A stretch of 22,100 bases of DNA from Deltaproteobacteria bacterium. Lineage in GTDB: Bacteria > Myxococcota_A > UBA9160 > SMWR01. Below the pieces are notes generated by a model. It saw nothing but the letters and a program-made list of their open reading frames with translations. It did no database searches and was not told where the DNA came from. How positions within the stretch are numbered: the stretch's first letter is position 1; each line of letters opens with the position of its first letter. Made by a program: the position numbers and the translations under genes. The DNA is taken from assembly GCA_032128375.1 (NCBI GenBank), contig JAQBGU010000108.1, positions 1 to 22,100 on the forward strand, read 5' to 3'. This document shows positions 8,672 to 16,112 of the stretch, in pieces.

Positions 8672-9304
8672 TCAGCCTCCAGTCCCAGCCTGGTCTGCTA
8701 GACCAGAACGGTCGAGCGCATCGAGACTCTGCATTTCGCGGTAGGCCTGGGTGAAGCGTTGGACCACGGTAGCGAGGCTACCGAGCATCAGAATCCACAA
8801 TGCGATGACCGGAAACCCCAGAATCGTTCCCGCGGCCAGGATGCCGACCCGCTCGCCCCGCTCGAATAAACCGATATTCGATATCGACGGAGCCACCAGC
8901 TTCGCGCAGGCCGCCGAGTAGGAAACCAGCACCCCCACCAACAACGCCGAACCGCTCAACAGCACCAATGCGGGTTCACCGACCACCGCGTAGTGGGTAC
9001 CGATCCCAACCAGCACCACCATGTCGGCGAATCGGTCGAGAGTCGAATCGAGGAACTGTCCGAACCGTGTCGAGACGCTGTTGTGCCGGGCGACGACTCC
9101 ATCGACCAAATCAAAAAAGCCGCTCGCGAGCATCAAGATACCACCGCTGGCGAGCCATCCGGACGCGAACGCGGCTGCGGCCAACATCGAGCCAAGGGCC
9201 CCGATCATGGTCAGCATGTTCGGATTCAATTGGCGGATGAACAGAAACGGAAAAGCGATGAGGATCCAGCCATCGATCCGGTCGCCGAATTTCTGTTTGA
9301 TCAT
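8672..9304 (-). CDS. CDP-alcohol phosphatidyltransferase family protein
   Basis: PNMLT and signature DLVDGVVAR-x8-GQFLDSTLD; hydrophobic helices; GGAG 8 nt before ATG 9304. Confidence 0.92.
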   Translation of the reverse strand: MIKQKFGDRIDGWILIAFPFLFIRQLNPNMLTMIGALGSMLAAAAFASGWLASGGILMLASGFFDLVDGVVARHNSVSTRFGQFLDSTLDRFADMVVLVGIGTHYAVVGEPALVLLSGSALLVGVLVSYSAACAKLVAPSISNIGLFERGERVGILAAGTILGFPVIALWILMLGSLATVVQRFTQAYREMQSLDALDRSGLADQAGTGG

Positions 9305-9442
9305 GAGCCGATCTCCGGGAATAGGCCGGGAATCGAACCGGATCACCGGCCCGATTTCCAGCCACGACCACTTGCCGCAACACCTTTCAGAAGCGCCATA
9401 AGAGCCCGCCGACGGACTCTTCGTCGGGCCATATGGGCCGGC

Positions 9443-9721
9443 CTAATCCTCGGGGACAGTACCGGGCGGCGCACTGGATCGGGCGTCTGATGCGACCTGT
9501 GTCGTGACCCCCTGAGGCTGCAGGGTGGATTGCGCGGGCGTGGCTGGGCTGTCCACCGCGATGTCGGCCGACGATTTCGAGTTCGGATCATCGGAAGCTA
9601 CCTTGTGGGACACGTCCGGCAAGGCCGCTAGCTCTCGCTGCAGATCTTCCGGTGCAATCCAGCCCCGTCTGTTGATAAGACGCCGATCCAATTTCATGTT
9701 CTCGACCGACCTGCGATCCAT
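9443..9721 (-). CDS. Small hypothetical protein (~92 aa)
   Basis: Charged N-terminal domain (LDRRLINRRGWIAPEDLQRELAALPDVSHK) and a low-complexity tail. Fills the gap as first gene of the leftward run. Start 9721 or 9736. Confidence 0.65.
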   Translation of the reverse strand: MDRRSVENMKLDRRLINRRGWIAPEDLQRELAALPDVSHKVASDDPNSKSSADIAVDSPATPAQSTLQPQGVTTQVASDARSSAPPGTVPED

Positions 9722-9759
9722 CTCGCCCCCATTCATGGACTGAATTGATTGAATCGGGG

Positions 9760-9798
9760 AGCTTAGCAAATTGACAGCCCAGAAGGATCCGATAGCTT
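9760..9798. promoter_or_regulatory. Closely spaced divergent promoters
   Basis: Plus strand TTGACA (9771-9776)-16 nt-TAGCTT (9793-9798) towards bamD. Minus strand extended -10 TGcTAAGCT (9768-9760) towards the leftward operon. Confidence 0.55.
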
Positions 9799-9823
9799 GC
9801 GGCACATCGAGAACTCTTCCGGA

Positions 9824-10609
9824 GTGAATTTGCGCAGGATCTCCGCCATCGTTCTCATCGCAGCTTCCGGCCTCGCCTGCGCGAAGCCGCCGCCCGTTTT
9901 CGAAGAGATCGCACCCGCCGAGGTTCTCTACGCGGATGCGCTGAAGATCATGGAAGGCCGCCGATGGGTGACCTGGTTGCCGCTCGTCGACTACACGCTC
10001 GCCATCGAATCATTTCAAGCCATCATCGACAACTACCCCTACAGCGACTACGCGGTCCTTGCGGAGCTGCGGATAGCCGACGCGTATTTCGAAGATCAGG
10101 CGTACGAAGAGGCCCTGTCGTATTACCGCGATTTCGCTGATCTCCACCCGGCTCACGAGAAAGTCCCCTATACGATCCTGCGGTCAGCTTTGTGCCGCGA
10201 ACGCCAGGTCCAGACGGCGAACCGCGACCAGACCGCAACCCGCGATGCGTTGCACCACCTCGATCGGCTCCTGTCGAAGTACCCCCATTCCGAGGAAGCC
10301 GCGGAGGGCGAAAGGTTGTGGCGCGAGCTGCGAACTCGTCTGGCCGAAAATGTCACGGAGATCGCGGAGTACTACCTCAAGCTCGAGGAATATGAGAGCG
10401 CCGCGGAACGCTATCGCTCGCTTCTCAACGAGTATCCGGGTCTGGGCTTGGATGCACAGGCGCTCTACAACCTTGCCGTGTGCTATTCCGCGATGCGACG
10501 AACCGACGAGGCCGATCGGATCTTTCAGTCAATCGTCCAAAACTATCGCAACAGTGAGTATGCCGAGGCGGCGGCTACGATGATCTCGCAGGGATCCCAA
10601 ATCGAATAG
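9824..10609 (+). CDS. bamD: Outer membrane protein assembly factor BamD (ComL/YfiO lipoprotein)
   Basis: Signal peptide with lipobox GLAC; TPR helices; YPYSDYA, F..LHPAH, NRDQTAT, YPHS, IAEYYLK. GTG 9824 preferred (ORF track begins at TTG 9797). Confidence 0.88.
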   Translation: MNLRRISAIVLIAASGLACAKPPPVFEEIAPAEVLYADALKIMEGRRWVTWLPLVDYTLAIESFQAIIDNYPYSDYAVLAELRIADAYFEDQAYEEALSYYRDFADLHPAHEKVPYTILRSALCRERQVQTANRDQTATRDALHHLDRLLSKYPHSEEAAEGERLWRELRTRLAENVTEIAEYYLKLEEYESAAERYRSLLNEYPGLGLDAQALYNLAVCYSAMRRTDEADRIFQSIVQNYRNSEYAEAAATMISQGSQIE

Positions 10610-10662
10610 CGGGATCGAAGCCGTGCAAATCGCCTCGATCCCGCGGTCCAAGAGGGCGTTCC

Positions 10663-11376
10663 ATGAACCAGACTGAACCGATGACAGGCACCGAGCGCCG
10701 AGCCTATGCGCTCGGCAAGCGGTGTTTCGAGCGCGGTGACCCGGATGTCGGTCTCTCTGTTTTCAATCGGCTGATTGGTACCCGCAGTTTCGCAGACGTC
10801 CACTACATGATGGGTGTGATGTACGAGCGGAAGGACGATCTGGCCGCGGCTAGTCAATCCCTGCGTGAAGCGTTGCGCATCAACCCCGCATACACAGAGG
10901 CGATGCTGGCATTGGCCAACATCTACGAGCGACAGGGCGACTACGATCGATCGCGGGAAATCGCGGAACGGGCGGGCTCCCTCGCGCGGCCTACCGATGG
11001 CGTGCTCGACGCAACCACGCGCGGCAAGCTTGCGAACCTCCAGGCGGAGCTGGGCGATGCGTACCGCGATGTCGGAGAGCTTCGTGATGCCATCGAGGCA
11101 TACGGCAAGGCATTGGAGCGCTGCCCGAATTTTCACGATATTCGTCATCGTCTAGGTGTCGCATTGAGAAACGCGGGGCTTCCCGATCGGGCGATCGCCG
11201 AGTTCAGCCGCGTGCTTCGCAACCACCCGACCTACTACGACTCGGCCGTCCAGCTCGGCCTCACCTACTACTCGCTCGGTCGAGTCGTTGATGCCAGCGC
11301 CGAGTGGGAAGCTGTAATCGCGCAACAGCCGAATCACGCGGACGCGCTGATGTACCTGCGCATGGTCCGCTCGTAG
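10663..11376 (+). CDS. Tetratricopeptide repeat protein
   Basis: Repeated TPR patterns (FADVHYMMG, ALRINPAY, LGDAY..A..AY.KALERCPNF, LG.TYY.LG). No signal peptide. SD GAGGG. Confidence 0.88.
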   Translation: MNQTEPMTGTERRAYALGKRCFERGDPDVGLSVFNRLIGTRSFADVHYMMGVMYERKDDLAAASQSLREALRINPAYTEAMLALANIYERQGDYDRSREIAERAGSLARPTDGVLDATTRGKLANLQAELGDAYRDVGELRDAIEAYGKALERCPNFHDIRHRLGVALRNAGLPDRAIAEFSRVLRNHPTYYDSAVQLGLTYYSLGRVVDASAEWEAVIAQQPNHADALMYLRMVRS

Positions 11377-11512
11377 CTGCTGTGGCGGCGCGCATTTCCG
11401 CACCCACGGCGCGGGATTGGAACCGGACACCGGCTAGAAGGCTGGGCGATAGAGCGCATCGGCGCGGCCAGGGCTCTTTGCCGCGGCGGATCGTGCTCGA
11501 TCGGGTCGCCAC

Positions 11513-11565
11513 GAACGCGTGCGAGCCATGCCTTCCAGCCGCCCACCAGTGACTCGCACGCGTTC
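11513..11565. terminator. Long inverted repeat between convergent genes (possible terminator or stabilising hairpin)
   Basis: GAACGCGTGCGAG (11513-11525) and CTCGCACGCGTTC (11553-11565) form perfect 13-bp arms. Little U-tract. Confidence 0.4.
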
Positions 11566-11738
11566 TTGCGTACCGCTTCGGGTTCACCCCGTCGAACGCG
11601 ATCAGCCCCGGGACTCCAGCTGTCGAGCCGACCGGAGTGTCACATGTCCACGTCGCGCAAATTCCGAAGCTCACAGTCTTCTGATCTTCAAGACAGGGGT
11701 CCATCAATCGCGGCACTCGATACGGGCAATCGGAATCC

Positions 11739-13322
11739 TCAGCGCAAATCGCGAATCATTTCGCGAGCCGCATTTCGACCGCACGCGCCCATCACACCAC
11801 CGCCGGGGTGTGTGGACGCACCGCAAAGATACAAGCCTTGAATCGGCGTTCGGTAGCGGGCCCAACCCGGGACAGGACGCATGAACAGCAAGCGGTCGAG
11901 TGACATTGCACCCTGAAAAATATTACCGCCAGTCAGTCCGAAGATACGCTCGATATCGGGTGGCGCCAGGATCTCCCGGTGGAGCACGCTCGATGAGAAG
12001 CCAGGTGCGACCCGATCGATGATTTCGAAGACGCGGTCGGCAAAGCGATCTCGTTGTTCGTCCCACGTTGTACCCTCGAGCGTGTATGGAACGTATTGAA
12101 TGAACATCGAGGCCACGTAGTGCCCTTCTGGAGCCAACGTCGGGTCGAGGGCCGAAGGCAACGTCAATTCAATCAGCGGCAGCGCCGGCAGTATCCCGCG
12201 ACAAGCGGCGTCATACGCGTCCTCGAGCGCATCGAGCGTACATGCGCCGAGGTGGATCGTCCCAGAGTGGGCCTGGTGAAGACCCGGTGTATCGACTCCC
12301 GCGAACTGCGGGAGGCGATCGAGGGCCAGATTGATCTTGAGGCTTGGACTGCGGAAGTCGAGCAGTTCGAGATCCCGAACGAGGTCCTCCGGGAGATGCT
12401 CGACGCCGGCGAGACTGAGCAATGTGCGCTGCGCATCGATGCCACTGACGACCGCGCGCGCATCGATCGTTTCGCCGCCCTCCAGTGTCACGCCCACCGC
12501 GCGGCCATTTGCGATGTTGATCGAGGCGACCGGCTGCTCGCAGCGAATCGTTGCGCCGGCGTCTGTCGCCGCCATGGCGATCGATTCGGCGAGCTTGCCC
12601 ATGCCCCCTTCGACGTAGGCCCAGACCCCGCGTTCGCCGCCCGTCTCTCCCATCACGTGATGGAAGAGCACGTATCCGGTTCCGGGGGTCGACGGCGCGG
12701 CCCAGGCTCCAATCACCGCGTCCGTCGCCAACGTACCCAGCAGCGGTTCGCTCTCGAACCACCCCTCGAGAGCGGGTCGCGCGGCACCCAACAGCAGCGA
12801 AATCCCACGTGGCAGATCACCTCGCAGCCGCCACGCACCGAGCGCCAGTTTCGAAACGGGTATCAGATCTCGCCATTGCGCCGCGGCCGGGTCCGGTGGC
12901 GGGGCATCGAGCATCGGCTCTAGAACGCGCGCGATTCGATCGAGAAATTGCTCGTAGCGCGGATAGCGTTCAGCATCCTTCGCAGAGAAGCGCCGAATCT
13001 GCTCACAGTTCGCGTCCATATCCGAACCGAGCATGAGACCGCGACCATTGGCGAGCGGAGTAAACGATGACGGTGAGCGCCGAAGCAACTTCAATCCACG
13101 ACAAGCCAATCCGAGTTCGCGCGCGACAACCGGGCGCAATAGTCCGACCACATATGCGGCCCGCGAGATGCGGTAGCCGGGCCAGATCTCTTCGGTTGAA
13201 CAGGCGCCCCCGAGCACCGAGCGGCGCTCGAGTACGACGGTCTTCAAGCCGGCGCGGGACAGGTAGGCCGCCGTCACCAGGCCGTTGTGCCCACCCCCGA
13301 TCACCGCAACGTCCGCTCGCAT
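11739..13322 (-). CDS. FAD-dependent oxidoreductase, phytoene dehydrogenase-like (COG1233 / PYROXD2-like)
   Basis: VIGGGHNGLVTAAYL, VLERR..LGGA, GGMG, GLTGGNIFQG, YRTPIQGLYLCGASTHPGGGVMGACG. Confidence 0.9.
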   Translation of the reverse strand: MRADVAVIGGGHNGLVTAAYLSRAGLKTVVLERRSVLGGACSTEEIWPGYRISRAAYVVGLLRPVVARELGLACRGLKLLRRSPSSFTPLANGRGLMLGSDMDANCEQIRRFSAKDAERYPRYEQFLDRIARVLEPMLDAPPPDPAAAQWRDLIPVSKLALGAWRLRGDLPRGISLLLGAARPALEGWFESEPLLGTLATDAVIGAWAAPSTPGTGYVLFHHVMGETGGERGVWAYVEGGMGKLAESIAMAATDAGATIRCEQPVASINIANGRAVGVTLEGGETIDARAVVSGIDAQRTLLSLAGVEHLPEDLVRDLELLDFRSPSLKINLALDRLPQFAGVDTPGLHQAHSGTIHLGACTLDALEDAYDAACRGILPALPLIELTLPSALDPTLAPEGHYVASMFIQYVPYTLEGTTWDEQRDRFADRVFEIIDRVAPGFSSSVLHREILAPPDIERIFGLTGGNIFQGAMSLDRLLFMRPVPGWARYRTPIQGLYLCGASTHPGGGVMGACGRNAAREMIRDLR

Positions 13323-13426
13323 ATCCAGAGTCTATCGACAGCGGTCTTCACAGCGAGTCGATTTCGAGTTTTTTGGCGATTCCGTTTTCGAAGCACGACC
13401 GGTTTTTTCGGCTATCCTCGCGCCGG

Positions 13427-13939
13427 ATGGTGGGCATCGAACCCGTCGACATGATCGTGATGGCACTGCTCGTTGTCGCCTCGATTCGGGGCTTCGTGAT
13501 GGGACTGGTTCGAGAAGCTTTTTCTCTAGCTGGGATTGGCGGTGCCTATCTGGTCGTAGCCATGCTTGGGGGACCCACCGCAGGGTGGTTGGCTTCCGTC
13601 AGTGACGGGGGAATCAAGCCGGCGTTCGCACCCTTCGTGGCCGGTATCGGCCTGGTGATCCTCACGATTGGTTTGGTCACGACCCTGGGACGGGTCGCGC
13701 GGCGCGGAGTGCGCGCCGTCGGGTTGGGTCTGGTCGATCGCATCGGCGGAGCCGTGTTGGGTGGTGCCGAGGGCGCATTGGTCGTCGCCATCCTGTTGGT
13801 TCTGGCCGGTCGCGCGGTCGGTCTCGATCACGCTGCGCTGAGGCACACGCAGGCGGTCGCGACGCTCGGCCGACTGGAGGCCATTGCAAGCGACGAGCCG
13901 GCCGATGTCGACGTCGCCGCCCCGCCACCCAATCGCTAG
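13427..13939 (+). CDS. cvpA: CvpA (colicin V production) family membrane protein
   Basis: D..V..L....IRGF..GLVREAFSLAG and GLGLVDRIGGAVLG motifs; about 4 TM helices. Start ATG 13427 or GTG 13430. Confidence 0.85.
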   Translation: MVGIEPVDMIVMALLVVASIRGFVMGLVREAFSLAGIGGAYLVVAMLGGPTAGWLASVSDGGIKPAFAPFVAGIGLVILTIGLVTTLGRVARRGVRAVGLGLVDRIGGAVLGGAEGALVVAILLVLAGRAVGLDHAALRHTQAVATLGRLEAIASDEPADVDVAAPPPNR

Positions 13940-14008
13940 CTCGGGGTCAATCGGCGCCGACGGATTTCGCCGCTGGCCAGGTGAGCTCGGCCCAAGCCGG
14001 GTACTCTG

Positions 14009-16045
14009 CTAGATACTGGGATCGACCCAGCGACCGTGTTCACGAATGAGTTCAACGAGCCGGTCGTCGGCTGCCACGTCGGACACGTTTCGCGCGACCA
14101 GCTCCTTTCCGACATAAAGGTTCACGCGGCCCGGACCCGATCCGACGTATCCGAAGTCTGCGTCGGCCATCTCGCCGGGGCCGTTCACTATACAGCCCAT
14201 GATCGCGATCTTCACGCCAACCAGGTGGCTGGTGCGCTGCTTGATCCGCTCCGTGGTCTCGACCAGATCGAACAGTGTGCGGCCACACGACGGACACGAG
14301 ATAAACTCGGTTCGAGAGGTTCGGCGGCGGCAACCCTGGAGGATGCGGTAGGCGAGATCCAACGCGCGTGCCGGGTTTGCGAAACCGCCCAGTGACACCG
14401 CGTCTCCGATGCCATCGCACAGCGGCGCACCCAACACGACGGCGGCCCGCAGCAACGACTCGTCCTCCGATTCCGTCTCGTCACGGCGGTGGCGCAACAC
14501 GATCGGGATGTCGGGCATTCCGCGCGATGCCAGCCGCGCCGCAGCCAGCCGCACGGCCTGGATTGGAAAGTCGGCATCTATCGAAACGCAAAAATCGACC
14601 AATCCGGCGCGGCCGCTGGCATCCAGAATGCGATCGAGCTGGGCGGGAATCTCTTCGACTCTTCCGCGCAGGTCCCACTCCATCTCGATATTGGAAACGG
14701 CTGCGCGCTCGGCTTCCGAATTGAGTTGCTCGTCGGATATCAACGCCCCGCAGCCGATCACCACACGCGAAACGCATGCAGGCCACACCGCAGCAATCTG
14801 CGGTTCCACGCGGACTGCGATCGGCAGATCGAGACCCACATCCGACAGCGCGCACGCAAACTCATCCAAAGCGTCCATCGCGAAAGAATCGAAAATTTGC
14901 ACCGCGAGCCCCTCGCAGCGCAGTTCCGGCAGCTTCGCGAGATCACGGGCTAGTTCACATGCAGCCGCTTTCGGGTCGGTCGGTAGCGGACCGAGATCAA
15001 TCTCGACCCGGATGGCCTCGTCACCACCCAAGCGCAGGCCGTGCGCGCCCAGACTCCGGGTTTCCCGACGGTTGTGCTGATACGGATCAATGACGTATGG
15101 GGCGCCGGGGTCGATGCCGCGCTCGCCCGTACCCGAGCCGGTGATGCAGAGCTTCGCGAGTGAGGCTGCAACCGGCACTTCCAGCTCTGGAGACTCTGTC
15201 AACGAGACCCGGATCGTATCGCCGATGCCGTCAGCCAGCAGCGAGCCGATCCCAATCGCACTTTTGATGCGCCCGTCTTCGCCATCGCCGGCCTCGGTCA
15301 CCCCCACATGGAACGGATAGCTCGGCCTGCCGGGCTCGCGCGCCGCGAGTCGTGCAGCGAGTAGCCGATACGCGTGGATTGCGACCTGGGTATTGCTGGA
15401 TTTCATGCTGAATACGACGTCGAAAAAACCCTCGGCCTCGCAGACGTCCAAGAACTCGAGCGCGCTCTCCACCATCCCGAGCGGAGTATCTCCAAACCGG
15501 TTCATGATCCGATCGGACAGAGACCCGTGGTTGGTTCCGATTCGGAGCGCCCGGCCCAGCTCGCTACAGCGCTTCACCAGAGGGCGAAAACGATTCGCGA
15601 CGCGCTCGATCTCTTGCGCGTAGGCCGCATCGGTGTATTCGACGACCGCGAACTTCTTCTTGTCGGCGAAATTTCCCGGGTTGATCCGAACCTTCTCGAC
15701 GTGTTCTGCGGCGACCAGTGCTGCATTGGGGGTGAAGTGAATGTCGGCGACCAGCGGCACGCGAACTCCGCGTCTGCGCAGTTCCGTCTGAATCGGGCCG
15801 AGATTTTCGGCATCGGTCAGCGACGGTGCCGTGATGCGCACGATCTCACATCCGACATCGGCGAGTCTCTCGACTTGATCGGCCGTGGCCCGGGTATCTC
15901 GCGTGTCGGTCGTGGTCATCGATTGCACGCGAATCGGATGATCACCGCCGATTGCAACCCCACCGACATAGACGACCCGCGTCACGCGGCGCGCCGGTGA
16001 GTAGGGGTCCTCGACATATCGCGAATCGATGGGATGGTCGTTCAT
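14009..16045 (-). CDS. ispG: (E)-4-hydroxy-3-methylbut-2-enyl-diphosphate synthase, long three-domain form
   Basis: IRVQSMT, LVADIHF, RINPGN, RIGTNHGSLSDR, HVGVTEAG, GIGDTIRVSLT; Fe-S motifs CPSCGR and MGCIVNGPGE; 678 aa with a central insertion. Confidence 0.97.
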   Translation of the reverse strand: MNDHPIDSRYVEDPYSPARRVTRVVYVGGVAIGGDHPIRVQSMTTTDTRDTRATADQVERLADVGCEIVRITAPSLTDAENLGPIQTELRRRGVRVPLVADIHFTPNAALVAAEHVEKVRINPGNFADKKKFAVVEYTDAAYAQEIERVANRFRPLVKRCSELGRALRIGTNHGSLSDRIMNRFGDTPLGMVESALEFLDVCEAEGFFDVVFSMKSSNTQVAIHAYRLLAARLAAREPGRPSYPFHVGVTEAGDGEDGRIKSAIGIGSLLADGIGDTIRVSLTESPELEVPVAASLAKLCITGSGTGERGIDPGAPYVIDPYQHNRRETRSLGAHGLRLGGDEAIRVEIDLGPLPTDPKAAACELARDLAKLPELRCEGLAVQIFDSFAMDALDEFACALSDVGLDLPIAVRVEPQIAAVWPACVSRVVIGCGALISDEQLNSEAERAAVSNIEMEWDLRGRVEEIPAQLDRILDASGRAGLVDFCVSIDADFPIQAVRLAAARLASRGMPDIPIVLRHRRDETESEDESLLRAAVVLGAPLCDGIGDAVSLGGFANPARALDLAYRILQGCRRRTSRTEFISCPSCGRTLFDLVETTERIKQRTSHLVGVKIAIMGCIVNGPGEMADADFGYVGSGPGRVNLYVGKELVARNVSDVAADDRLVELIREHGRWVDPSI

Positions 16046-16112
16046 GCTGGTGCTAGTTCCCTTCTGTATCTATATGTATCGCCATCTATCGCCGCATTTG
16101 CGATGGCGGGGC

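Noticed and set aside
11408..11430. tRNA T-arm-like GGTTCCAATCC on the minus strand
   Set aside because: The T-stem does not pair fully, and there is no cloverleaf or CCA context.
11598..11683. Short matches to the 25-bp repeat unit (GCGATCAGCCC, CACAGTCTTCTG)
   Set aside because: Only 11-12 nt, non-contiguous, and compatible with chance.
11739..13322. Calling the oxidoreductase crtI or part of a carotenoid cluster
   Set aside because: Motifs fit the broad COG1233/PYROXD2-like group, and no crtB, crtE or cyclase is nearby.
13067..13426. N-terminal extension of CvpA
   Set aside because: Overlaps the divergent oxidoreductase; the family pattern starts at about 13427.
16080..16108. alaS terminator (CGCCATC/GATGGCG)
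   Set aside because: Large loop and no U-tract on the minus strand; alaS-ispG read-through is plausible.
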